Shown here: piece after piece, positions 9,880 through 19,003 of the stretch
Layout of the letters: every line of letters starts with the position of its first letter
How positions within the stretch are numbered: position 1 is the first letter of the stretch
Made by a program: the position numbers and the translations under genes
Notes under the pieces: model-generated
Databases searched by the model: none
What the model was told of the DNA's origin: nothing
What the model saw: only the letters and a program-made list of their open reading frames with translations
NCBI GenBank assembly: GCA_041392855.1
Contig: JAWKLD010000002.1
Span: 202,706 to 266,705 of the forward strand
Reading direction: 5' to 3'
DNA from: Flavipsychrobacter sp.
GTDB taxonomy: Bacteria; Bacteroidota; Bacteroidia; Chitinophagales; Chitinophagaceae
DNA: 64,000 nt

Positions 9880-11274
9880 TTATCCTTTTAAAGTTGCAAT
9901 GGCTTTATTTATATCTACAACTTCTTGTTCACCCGTCACAAAGTTTTTCAAGCTCATTTTATTGGCTTTTATTTCATCTTCTCCTGCTATGATCACATAA
10001 GGCACCCCACGCTTATTGGCATACTTCATTTGTTTATCAAACTTTACTGCGTCAGGATAAAGTTCAGCATTGATTCCTGCCTTTCTTATTTGCTTCAGCA
10101 TATTTAATGAATACTGCTCGCTAGCTCCTCCAAAGTTGACCAACATCACCTCTATACCAGAGCTTAACTCTTCAGGGAATAACGAGAGCTCTTCCAACAC
10201 ATCATACATCCTATCGATACCAAAAGACACACCTACTCCCGACATATTTTTCAGCCCAAACAGTCCTGTCAGGTCATCATATCGTCCACCGCCACCTATG
10301 CTGCCCATCTTCACGGCATCGCAAGCAACCTCTACTATAACACCTGTATAGTAATTCAGCCCACGAGCTAAGCTTATATCTACTACTACTTCCCCTCCCC
10401 ACTCTTCATCTTTTATAGTATTATAATACTCCAATGTGGTTTTTAATTCTTGTATTCCTTCCTTGCCCATGTCACTATCAGCCATAAATGCTTCTAGCTT
10501 TGTGAGTTTTTCGGCATTATCTCCGGTAATTGCTATTACTTCCTTAACAGTATCAATTCCCTTGTCACTAATACCTCTTTCGGCTAACTCCTCAGCTACT
10601 TTTTCCCAGCCTATTTTATCTAGCTTATCAAGAGCAATGGTTATCTCCATCATCTTGTCGGGCATACCACAGATATCAGCCAGGCCTGCCAATAGCTTTC
10701 TGCTATTGATCTTTATACTGATCTGCGGTAATTGTAATTGATGAAAAGCACTTTGATAAATACATAGCAATTCTGCTTCATTAATTAAAGACGTACTACC
10801 AACAACGTCTGCATCACACTGCCAAAACTCTCTGTACCTACCCTTTTGTGGACGATCAGCACGCCAAACGGGTTGCATCTGGTATCTACGAAAAGGAAAG
10901 GCCAAATCATTTTGGTTCATTACAACAAAACGAGCAAATGGTATCGTTAGGTCATATCGCAAAGCCCTTTCTGTTACTACAGGTGTTGTGTATGGCTTAT
11001 CCAACATTTTCGCCCACTCTGCATCTAGCTCTTCTCTCTTCTTATCTTTCTTCTCATGCAACCCATTATTCAATATTTTAAATATCAAACGGTCACCCTC
11101 TTCTCCATACTTACCTGTCAGTGTAGTTAAATTTTCCATTGCAGGTGTCTCCAAAGGCTGGAAACCATAACGCTCAAATATTGTTTTCAATGTGCCTAAT
11201 ATATACTGCCTCCTTCTCACTACAATTGGTGAGAAATCTCTTGTTCCTTGTGGTATTGACGGTTTTGTAGCCAT
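9880..11274 (-). CDS. hisS: histidine--tRNA ligase
   Basis: Class II motifs (GTRDF, FRYQMQPVWRADRPQKGRYREFWQCD, GGGRYD), C-terminal anticodon-binding domain; ATG at 11274. Confidence 0.93.
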   Translation of the reverse strand: MATKPSIPQGTRDFSPIVVRRRQYILGTLKTIFERYGFQPLETPAMENLTTLTGKYGEEGDRLIFKILNNGLHEKKDKKREELDAEWAKMLDKPYTTPVVTERALRYDLTIPFARFVVMNQNDLAFPFRRYQMQPVWRADRPQKGRYREFWQCDADVVGSTSLINEAELLCIYQSAFHQLQLPQISIKINSRKLLAGLADICGMPDKMMEITIALDKLDKIGWEKVAEELAERGISDKGIDTVKEVIAITGDNAEKLTKLEAFMADSDMGKEGIQELKTTLEYYNTIKDEEWGGEVVVDISLARGLNYYTGVIVEVACDAVKMGSIGGGGRYDDLTGLFGLKNMSGVGVSFGIDRMYDVLEELSLFPEELSSGIEVMLVNFGGASEQYSLNMLKQIRKAGINAELYPDAVKFDKQMKYANKRGVPYVIIAGEDEIKANKMSLKNFVTGEQEVVDINKAIATLKG

Positions 11275-11287
11275 AAAAGCTATCTTT

Positions 11288-11746
11288 CTATTTATTGTAT
11301 TTATCAATTATTTTATCGCAGGTACGGTCTATCAACTCATATACATGGGTGTATCCTTCTTTACCTCCATAATAAGGGTCTGGCACAGACTGTTCTTTTG
11401 CTTCACCTAGCTCATCAAGAAAAAGCATCAACTTATCTGCATGAGGTGTGTGCTTTGCTATATGCATTAAGTCACTGTACACACTAGTATCCATTGCATA
11501 TATCTTATCATAAGTAACCAGATCAGACTTACTGAATTGTTGTGCCCTTTGCCCTGCAATATCTACCCCATGTAGCTTACATATTTCTTGCGAGTGCTGA
11601 TGTGGAGCACTACCTATATGATAAGAACCTGTGCCAGCAGAGGCTACTTCCCAATCTAAACCATGTGCTTTTGCTTTTTGTCCCATTACCCCTTCGGCTA
11701 TCGGCGAACGACAAATATTGCCCAAGCATACCATTAGTATCTTCAT
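11288..11746 (-). CDS. low-molecular-weight protein-tyrosine phosphatase
   Basis: P-loop CLGNICRS (CX5R-S) at the N terminus, DP motif near the C terminus, about 150 aa. Confidence 0.9.
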   Translation of the reverse strand: MKILMVCLGNICRSPIAEGVMGQKAKAHGLDWEVASAGTGSYHIGSAPHQHSQEICKLHGVDIAGQRAQQFSKSDLVTYDKIYAMDTSVYSDLMHIAKHTPHADKLMLFLDELGEAKEQSVPDPYYGGKEGYTHVYELIDRTCDKIIDKYNK

Positions 11747-11763
11747 AATAAACTATACACTTA

Positions 11764-11771
11764 CAAAGCTA
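11764..11771 (-). promoter_or_regulatory. -7 box TAGCTTTG upstream of the LMW-PTP/hisS pair
   Basis: Exact TAnnTTTG, 18 nt before the ATG at 11746. Confidence 0.45.
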
Positions 11772-11806
11772 TCTATTTTAGATGTGTTTATCAACGCGGA
11801 ATAGAC

Positions 11807-12691
11807 TTATCTCATCTTGTGCTTCAGCAGCTTCCACATCATCACTTTTACGTAGTATCTAAAGTATTCTTTTGCAGAAAATATCCATTTGAAGAGTATG
11901 TAATATGCCCCCTTCCCTTTTCTATAAGCCATTATTTCCAGCTCGTGCTTCATCATTGTTTTGAGTAGCTTTAGCTGCTTTGCAGGCTCTGTACTTGCAT
12001 TGGCTATATGATATACCAATGCATCAGCATAATAATAGTTGGTGTATCCCAACTCCGTAAATTGATAACACCATAAATGATCTTCTCCATACATGAAGAA
12101 ACGCTCATCTAGCCTTCCTCCTTCAAGCTTTCCGATCATATCCTTGGGCATCATCATAAAAGCTCCGCTTACCCAATCGCAACCTGTACTAAAATCTCCT
12201 TTAAAATATTGATTCAACATCAAGATGGCTCTTTGACGATAGGGCAGTAAAAGCAATAATGGCCTCATAATATCCAGTAGCTCATTCCTAATACTTCTAA
12301 ACCTCCTAGCCATATTCTGATATCTACCATCAGGATACACCACCTTAACACTTAAGGCTCCCAAATGAGCTATTTCTTGATATTTATATGCTGCCTTACT
12401 GATACAGTCTTCAGTCAAATAGGTATCGCTATTAAGGAGTAAAATCAAATCTCCTTTAGCATGGCTAATTCCTAAATTATTCCCTTTAGCAAAACCTCCG
12501 TTCTCTTTACTTTTCACCAAGTTAATGGAAGGGAATTTTACGAGAAAGTCATCAGGATCATCTTTTGTTGACGCATTATCTACCAGTATTATCTCATAGT
12601 CCACTTCTTTGGTGTACGCTATCACACTAGCGATACAGTCGCAGGTAAGCTGAAAGGTATTGTAATTAATAATGACTATGGATACTAACAT
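11807..12691 (-). CDS. glycosyltransferase family 2
   Basis: VSIVIINYN...VDNAS...NGGFAKGNN...LNSD motifs of GT-A fold GT2; ATG at 12691. Confidence 0.85.
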   Translation of the reverse strand: MLVSIVIINYNTFQLTCDCIASVIAYTKEVDYEIILVDNASTKDDPDDFLVKFPSINLVKSKENGGFAKGNNLGISHAKGDLILLLNSDTYLTEDCISKAAYKYQEIAHLGALSVKVVYPDGRYQNMARRFRSIRNELLDIMRPLLLLLPYRQRAILMLNQYFKGDFSTGCDWVSGAFMMMPKDMIGKLEGGRLDERFFMYGEDHLWCYQFTELGYTNYYYADALVYHIANASTEPAKQLKLLKTMMKHELEIMAYRKGKGAYYILFKWIFSAKEYFRYYVKVMMWKLLKHKMR

Positions 12692-12731
12692 ATACTCCAG
12701 TGCAAGTCTTACTCCTTGCATTTAAACTCAA

Positions 12732-12739
12732 CAAAAATA
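12732..12739 (-). promoter_or_regulatory. -7 box TATTTTTG upstream of the GT2 gene
   Basis: Exact TAnnTTTG, 41 nt before the ATG at 12691. Confidence 0.45.
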
Positions 12740-12816
12740 GTAAAAATCACTCCCCCTATTATACCACTAACAATTAACAACTGTAACAAATAAGTAATTA
12801 GTATTTTTACTTGCAA

Positions 12817-13938
12817 ATGAGTACATCAAAGTGCAATATCCTGTGTATTGCTCCATACAATATTATTCCTGTAAAAAGTGGGGGGCAAGCAGCTATTGTT
12901 AGCCTACATCATGCACTTGGAGGGCTCTGCACCGACCATATTGCAGGAGCAACAAGTAATACTGAACACAATTATTCATTTACAACACATCCTATCTATG
13001 CATCCAGTCCCACGAAATACATTCCTTATTATAAGGCTGGGCAGTTAACCAAACTTGCTAAAGAAAACAATATCACACATATTATTTGTGAGCACCCTTA
13101 CATGGCAATCAATGCCATGCATGTAGCTAAGCGCATGGGCATACCTTGGTATATCAGAAGTCACAATATAGAGTCTGAACGTTTCAGAGCATTAGGTAAA
13201 CCATGGTGGTGGCTACTTCGCCACTATGAGCAATATGCCATGAAAAGATCAAATGGCATTTTTTTCATCACTCAAGAAGATGCCACATGGGCTATTGACA
13301 ACTTTAAAATAGCCCAAGATAAATGCCATACTATTCCCTTTGGGACCAACATAAAAAGTTTGCCCAAGCAAAACTTACTGGCTAAAGCCACATTAGGCAA
13401 GCAATTAAACATTGACCCCAACTCTCCATGGTTATATTTTTTAGGGGCACTTGATTACACCCCTAATAGCGAAGCTGTTGGTTATATCATAAACGAAGTA
13501 CTTCCTTTAATAGAGGAAAAAGGTTATCAGATCCTTATAGGAGGTAAGGGACTGCCCGAAGCACTACAGCAGCTCATCAGCAAGAATAACAATATACATT
13601 ACCTAGGTTTTGTTGACGATCTTGATATGTTTCTTCATGCTTGTGACATAATGCTCAATCCTGTCTTAAAAGGCGGCGGCATAAAAACCAAAGCTGTTGA
13701 AGCCCTTGCTTACAACAATACAGTTATAAGTACAGAAAGTGGAGCAGCAGGTATTTCCCAACAAGCTTGCGGAGATAAGCTTTCTATTACTAAAGACTAT
13801 TATTGGGCAGCTTTCGCTGATGCTATTAATACCGCAGTTACACAAAATATAAGTACACCTGAAAGCTTTTATGAAACCTACTACAATGGCAATATTGCCA
13901 AAAAGGTATTGGGCATAATTAACAGCACTAGTCGCTAG
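12817..13938 (+). CDS. glycosyltransferase family 4 (GT-B)
   Basis: C-terminal GGGIKTKAVEALAYNNTVIST nucleotide-sugar binding region; ATG at 12817 (TTG at 12811 is possible). Confidence 0.8.
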   Translation: MSTSKCNILCIAPYNIIPVKSGGQAAIVSLHHALGGLCTDHIAGATSNTEHNYSFTTHPIYASSPTKYIPYYKAGQLTKLAKENNITHIICEHPYMAINAMHVAKRMGIPWYIRSHNIESERFRALGKPWWWLLRHYEQYAMKRSNGIFFITQEDATWAIDNFKIAQDKCHTIPFGTNIKSLPKQNLLAKATLGKQLNIDPNSPWLYFLGALDYTPNSEAVGYIINEVLPLIEEKGYQILIGGKGLPEALQQLISKNNNIHYLGFVDDLDMFLHACDIMLNPVLKGGGIKTKAVEALAYNNTVISTESGAAGISQQACGDKLSITKDYYWAAFADAINTAVTQNISTPESFYETYYNGNIAKKVLGIINSTSR

Positions 13939-14587
13939 TAGTTAAAGCGTACTGAACTATATTAGCTCCCATTTGCAATGCCGTCTCATGATGCTCTCGA
14001 GTATCATTATGTACCTCTAGGTCTTCCCATCCGTCACCCAAGTCTGTCTCCGTTGTATAAAAACACACCAGCCTTCCTTCATATATTAAACCATAACCTT
14101 TAGGCGGCTTTTTATCATGCTCATGTATTTTAGGTAAGCCTTGCTGAAACTGAAATTTTTGATGGTATATAGGATGTGAGAATGGTAATTCTACTAACTC
14201 TAGATCAGGAAATAATTGCTTAAGTGCAGGACGCACATACTTATCCATACCATAGTTATCATCTATGTGTAGAAAACCACCCGACTTTAAGTAATTACGC
14301 AAATTATCTGCTTCTCTTTCTGACATGGCCCATCTACCATGCCCTGTCATGTGCAAAAACGGATAATTAAATATTTCTGCATCACCTATTCTTACTTGCG
14401 CTTCTTGTGCATCAAAATTGGTATGTAACTGTTGATTACAGTATTGTGCTAAGTTTTTCAAAGCAGTAGGATTAGCATACCAGTCGCCACCACCGTTATA
14501 AACCAGCAACCCCAGCTTAATAGTTTGAGCGGGAGCGCTAACTGCAATTATTGTAGACAATAAGAGCGTACTTAAAACTCTATACAT
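13928..14587 (-). CDS. DUF4159 domain protein (secreted)
   Basis: Signal peptide; LLVYNGGGDWYANPTALKNL motif typical of DUF4159. Confidence 0.6.
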   Translation of the reverse strand: MYRVLSTLLLSTIIAVSAPAQTIKLGLLVYNGGGDWYANPTALKNLAQYCNQQLHTNFDAQEAQVRIGDAEIFNYPFLHMTGHGRWAMSEREADNLRNYLKSGGFLHIDDNYGMDKYVRPALKQLFPDLELVELPFSHPIYHQKFQFQQGLPKIHEHDKKPPKGYGLIYEGRLVCFYTTETDLGDGWEDLEVHNDTREHHETALQMGANIVQYALTTSD

Positions 14588-15302
14588 GGTTTATAATATT
14601 AAAAAAGCTACAAGCTGCTATTGCTGCAGTTTCCGTCCTTAACCTTTGGTTACCCATAGATATAGATCGAAAGCCATGCTTTATGCTTAAAGCTACTTCA
14701 TCTTGTGTAAAGTCCCCTTCCGGGCCTATAAGTATTAACGTTTCTTTGCCTACCTCTGCAGCTTCTTGCAAGGGCATTCTTTCTATCTCAGACATGCAGT
14801 GTGCTATAAGTTTTTGCTCCACATGTTTATACTGCTCTATCACTTCTTCAAACAGAGCTATCTCTTGCAACACTGGCAGGTAAAACTGTTGCGACTGGAT
14901 CAAAGCTGCCGAGAGAATACCTTTCCAACGCTCTTCTTTTACCCTCACCCGTTCTGTTCTTGTACTCTGTATCGGGATTATGCTTTTAATGCCCAGCTCT
15001 GTTGCTTTTTCCAACAGCCATTCATTTCTACTTGTATTCTTGGTAAAGGAAATACCTAAATGAATCTTAGGTTCTATGGGATCGTGCGTGACCACTTGAG
15101 CAACATGCACTATACATTTTTTCTTACTTGCCTCCTTTATTGTTGTAAAAGCTTGCAAGCCATCGCCGTTGGTTAATTCTAGACCATCACCAACCTGCAT
15201 ACGAAGCACTTGTAACACATGCCTGCTAGTTGCATCTGTCAGTTGTACATCAGCACCTTCTACTAAGGTGCCATCATGAAAAAAGAGGGATTCCTTTGCC
15301 AT
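14580..15302 (-). CDS. rsmE: 16S rRNA (uracil1498-N3)-methyltransferase
   Basis: PUA-like N terminus, SPOUT C terminus with LIGPEGDFT and R...LRTETAA motifs. Confidence 0.85.
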   Translation of the reverse strand: MAKESLFFHDGTLVEGADVQLTDATSRHVLQVLRMQVGDGLELTNGDGLQAFTTIKEASKKKCIVHVAQVVTHDPIEPKIHLGISFTKNTSRNEWLLEKATELGIKSIIPIQSTRTERVRVKEERWKGILSAALIQSQQFYLPVLQEIALFEEVIEQYKHVEQKLIAHCMSEIERMPLQEAAEVGKETLILIGPEGDFTQDEVALSIKHGFRSISMGNQRLRTETAAIAACSFFNIINHV

Positions 15303-15329
15303 GAAGGCAAGATAAATAAACTTGGTCTA

Positions 15330-15914
15330 TCAACGCAATACCAAGTTTTTTTCTTCTATCATTTTACGCAAATTGATCAAGCCGTAACGCATACGACCAA
15401 GAGCCGTATTAATACTAACACCTGTGAGCTCAGAAATATCCTTGAAGCTTAAATCTGCATATATTCTAAGCACAACCACTTCTCGCTGTTCTTCCGGCAA
15501 GCTTTCTACTAATTTCCTGACACTACTATGCGCTTCTCTTCTTTCCATAGCATCAGAAGCTCCGTACGTACTCGCGGGTAGTATATCTGTAATATCCGTA
15601 CCATCAGGCAAAACAACAGATACATTATGCTTTACTTTTCGGAAATGATCCATACATAAGTTATGAGCGACACGCATAGCCCATGGCAGAAATTTACCTT
15701 GTTCTGCATACTTGCCCTTTCTTATGGTCTTGATCATTTTAAGAAATGCATCCTGAAATATATCATCAGCTGTAAATTCATCCTTCACCAGCATGAATAT
15801 GGCTGTATATATCTTGTCCTTATATCTATTAATGAGGATCTCTAAAGCACTTTGATTGCCATTTCTAAAGGCATTGATCAACTCTGCGTCGCTGTATTGT
15901 TGGATTGCTTGCAT
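15330..15914 (-). CDS. RNA polymerase ECF-type sigma-70 factor
   Basis: Region 2 (DIFQDAFLKM...FLPWAMRVAHN) and region 4 HTH (SFKDISELTGVSINTALGRMRYG). Confidence 0.85.
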   Translation of the reverse strand: MQAIQQYSDAELINAFRNGNQSALEILINRYKDKIYTAIFMLVKDEFTADDIFQDAFLKMIKTIRKGKYAEQGKFLPWAMRVAHNLCMDHFRKVKHNVSVVLPDGTDITDILPASTYGASDAMERREAHSSVRKLVESLPEEQREVVVLRIYADLSFKDISELTGVSINTALGRMRYGLINLRKMIEEKNLVLR

Positions 15915-16163
15915 AACTTCTAATTTTACTACCTAGGTATAGGTTTAAACCTTATCCAATAAGTCTTTTTTAAAGTAGAAGTTTTGCTATAAGTCGAGTC
16001 GTTTACTGTTAATTAACGTTTGTTGGCACAATCTATTGTGCTTTCTTAATAGCAATATATAGATTTTTTTAGATTTTCAAATACTATTATTGCCATTTTA
16101 ACCTTTTAGACGGCCTATTGAGCCCCTATGTTGGGCTTATCCCTTATAAATGATTTTTTTATG

Positions 16164-16200
16164 ACAAAAGAGCACTACAGCTTGATTGCTATAGCGCTCT
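16164..16200 (-). terminator. terminator after the choice-of-anchor-I-like gene
   Basis: On the minus strand a 13-bp stem AGAGCGCTATAGC / GCTGTAGTGCTCT (2 G-U pairs), then TTTTG. Confidence 0.55.
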
Positions 16201-16219
16201 TTTATATAATCTATGTCTC

Positions 16220-18379
16220 TTATTGAATAATTACCTTCTCTACTTGATAGTCTTCTACTTGCAAGAAGTACATGCCAGATGTTAAATCCTGCACATTTAA
16301 AGACTTTGTATCAACAAAGTTCTTAACAATTCGCCCTGTATTATCATAAAGGATTCCTGTAATTGCCTTGCCAAAGTTCAGTATATTATCCGCAGGATTA
16401 GGATAAACAGTTAGCTTTTCGCCTGCATAAATATCCTTTATAGAAACTGTGCTTGGTGGCAAATATGCTTTTACTTCAAAAACAGCAACAGTACCACTTA
16501 CCTCGTTAGCCGTGATCAATAGATGTTTTTTATGAAGATTATTATCTCTATGAATAAACAACACTACCTCTGCACCGTTATCTCCACCAAAGCTATCTAC
16601 TATTCTAGTGTTAAGATAGTCAACAAATACAGGCTTATTAGGATTAGTAATATCATACGCCATAACCCCGCCAATTCTTTCCAATACTACAAATGCATAT
16701 GCTGAATCATTAATCACACCAACCGTTACCGCTTCTGGTTCTGGTCCCTTATTATCACTTCTGTCTTTTAAATCATTTTTACTGTTACTCGCATTGAATA
16801 TCTTTCTCAACTCAGGATCTGCATTAATGATATTTTCAAAATCATCACCGCTATCATATACCAAGTTGAAATTGTTAGCATTAAAAATAGAGAAGCTACG
16901 AGTACCAAATGAGTATAGCTTATCATAATCACCATCATTATCAATATCACCCATAGTTTTAGTCACTTTTAGGCGGCCTAAGTTTTCATCTTCTTGAATA
17001 ACTTTTGCATGAGGGAATACTGTAGGGTCTAGCTTTAACTTACTAACTTTTTCTTCTTCTTCTAATGGATCATACTCTCTAGCATCACCTTCGTTTGCAG
17101 TAAGTACATAACTCTGTCCGTTAACAGTATAACTAGCAATACCATCTGGCATGAACATACCGTTTACTGGCCAGTTTGCTATTAGAGGCTCTCCAGATTT
17201 ATCACTTGCATCTAAGCCTTTCCCTAGTTGGTTATGATCTATAGTACCTAATGGATATATCGCCTCAACTGAAGCTGATGCTATTAATACAACAGCTATC
17301 GCATTATTTTCTTGTAATGAAACCCAAGCCGTGTCAGAAGTTGCATTTACAGCAATGTATTCTGGCTCTATATCTTGAGCCACTGTTGGGTTGTTAGCAC
17401 CGAATATCCTAACACCTGCTTGTTTTAATGTCGCTGCTTGGCTGTTGAACTTTGTAAATGTAGCAAATGATACCGTTGCATTAGCAACACCATTATCTAG
17501 ATCAATAATAGCTATTGAACCTTCTGGGTCATTGGTATATTTACTATTAGGTTCACCTTCATTAGCTACCAACAGGTATCTTCCATTTGGCGTGTACGTT
17601 ACCATATCAGGTAGTGCACCTACTGTCACTTCTTTTTTCTTATTACCGTCTGCAGCAAAGAAAACAACCTTGCCACTATCTTGTTTTGAATTGGCTTGTA
17701 CGGCAACAGCTATCAGACCATTATATGCCGCTACAGATTGTATACCTCCTCCATAACTAGACATATCCAGCTGAGTAAGTTGAGACAAAGAAGCAGGATT
17801 ATTGAAGTTAAGGATATGAAGAATATTTTTTTCTGAGTTAACAACATACAATCTATTAGTTGCTGTATCGTATGCTATAACCTCTGCTGAAGAACCTGGA
17901 GTACCAACAGTAAAACTACTCAACAACTCTAGCTCTAAATTCTTTCGTGCGATCGGTCCTTTATAATCGTTGTCCTTTATAAATATTGTTGCAGCATCGT
18001 CAGCACCAATTGTACCTTTTAACACATTGCTGATCTGCAGCATAAAATACTCTGTGATCTCCAACCTATTGTCATCATTGATCAACAACTCTGCATATAG
18101 AGTATCAGAACTATTTTTAAAAAAAGTAAGACTTTGTGTAGTCAACTGTACATCTGCACCAAAACCTTGCCCTGCAGTACTGCGCCCTCCTAATGGTTGA
18201 AAGAAAACCGTAGTCGGCTCATTTACATTTTTATTTTTAATGATAACAGGGATTTTAATAACATTATCTCCTTCAGTTGCAGTCATCATTTTAGTACCAA
18301 AACTAACGCTTGGCGTCTGCGCATTAGCTACAAATACTGTAGCTAAAAAACCAGATGCTAATAGTAAAACTTTTTTCAT
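16220..18379 (-). CDS. secreted Calx-beta + choice-of-anchor-I-like (LVIVD/phytase-like propeller) protein with T9SS sorting domain
   Basis: Signal peptide; N-terminal Calx-beta-like segment; LPDMVTYTPNGRYLLVANEGEP and GPEPEAV motifs; C-terminal VYPNPADNILNF...KVIIQ tail. Confidence 0.7.
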   Translation of the reverse strand: MKKVLLLASGFLATVFVANAQTPSVSFGTKMMTATEGDNVIKIPVIIKNKNVNEPTTVFFQPLGGRSTAGQGFGADVQLTTQSLTFFKNSSDTLYAELLINDDNRLEITEYFMLQISNVLKGTIGADDAATIFIKDNDYKGPIARKNLELELLSSFTVGTPGSSAEVIAYDTATNRLYVVNSEKNILHILNFNNPASLSQLTQLDMSSYGGGIQSVAAYNGLIAVAVQANSKQDSGKVVFFAADGNKKKEVTVGALPDMVTYTPNGRYLLVANEGEPNSKYTNDPEGSIAIIDLDNGVANATVSFATFTKFNSQAATLKQAGVRIFGANNPTVAQDIEPEYIAVNATSDTAWVSLQENNAIAVVLIASASVEAIYPLGTIDHNQLGKGLDASDKSGEPLIANWPVNGMFMPDGIASYTVNGQSYVLTANEGDAREYDPLEEEEKVSKLKLDPTVFPHAKVIQEDENLGRLKVTKTMGDIDNDGDYDKLYSFGTRSFSIFNANNFNLVYDSGDDFENIINADPELRKIFNASNSKNDLKDRSDNKGPEPEAVTVGVINDSAYAFVVLERIGGVMAYDITNPNKPVFVDYLNTRIVDSFGGDNGAEVVLFIHRDNNLHKKHLLITANEVSGTVAVFEVKAYLPPSTVSIKDIYAGEKLTVYPNPADNILNFGKAITGILYDNTGRIVKNFVDTKSLNVQDLTSGMYFLQVEDYQVEKVIIQ

Positions 18380-18500
18380 ATACGTGTATTTCCCGCAAAG
18401 AAAAACCTAACTCCATTTCTATAAAAGGCAAGAACCAAATGGTTACTTACTCTTAGCAATTAAGTAACCTATACTTTACTATACAGTAACGTTTAGGTAA

Positions 18501-18529
18501 CAAAAAAACAGCCTGCATCTCTGCAGGCC
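18501..18529 (-). terminator. terminator after the small basic protein gene
   Basis: Minus strand GCCTGCA gaga TGCAGGC followed by TGTTTTTTTG. Confidence 0.65.
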
Positions 18530-18554
18530 ATAACACTATACATCTCGACAACAT

Positions 18555-18875
18555 TTATCGCACTCTTCTATTATTCTTCATCCTGTAAATATTTCTACTA
18601 GCATTTCTTTGTGCTCGGTTAATCACCATACGTTCTCTTTGAGTCACTCTACCATCTGCTCTAGCCACCATCTTCATAGCTTTTATAGTTCTTTGCTGCC
18701 CTCTAAGCTGCCTTGCTTCGTATGCTGTCAGCTGCCCTGTACAAACTCCATTGTGTATACGCGCTTTTTGATTTATTGTCCTCGCTCTTTGCTTAGTATG
18801 CTTTCCATGTGCTGACACTTCATTTGCACCAAATAATAATCCTGATAGTAATATCGCTGCTATTAACTTCTTCAT
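18555..18875 (-). CDS. small secreted, very basic (Arg/Gln/Lys-rich) hypothetical protein
   Basis: Signal peptide MKKLIAAILLSGLLFGANEVSA; own hairpin terminator; no recognisable domain. Confidence 0.5.
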   Translation of the reverse strand: MKKLIAAILLSGLLFGANEVSAHGKHTKQRARTINQKARIHNGVCTGQLTAYEARQLRGQQRTIKAMKMVARADGRVTQRERMVINRAQRNASRNIYRMKNNRRVR

Positions 18876-18944
18876 AATCTTATAATTTTAGTTCTGTATA
18901 TAAGACTACAAATACATTCGTCGGTTTAAGACCACTCTGTTAAT

Positions 18945-18976
18945 AAAAACAAAAAACCCCTGTAGAAACAGGGGTA
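18945..18976 (-). terminator. terminator after ftsZ (end of dcw cluster)
   Basis: Minus strand CCCCTG tttcta CAGGGG followed by TTTTTTGTTTTT. Confidence 0.6.
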
Positions 18977-19003
18977 ACTATAAATATGAAGCATAAAAAA
19001 CGT

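Noticed and set aside
16026-16041. Short hairpin GCACAAT-ct-ATTGTGC followed by a T-rich stretch, as a possible plus-strand sRNA terminator in the sigma-factor leader region
   Set aside because: The stem is only 7 bp with a sterically impossible 2-nt loop. There is no plus-strand promoter motif upstream. This is insufficient to call an RNA gene.
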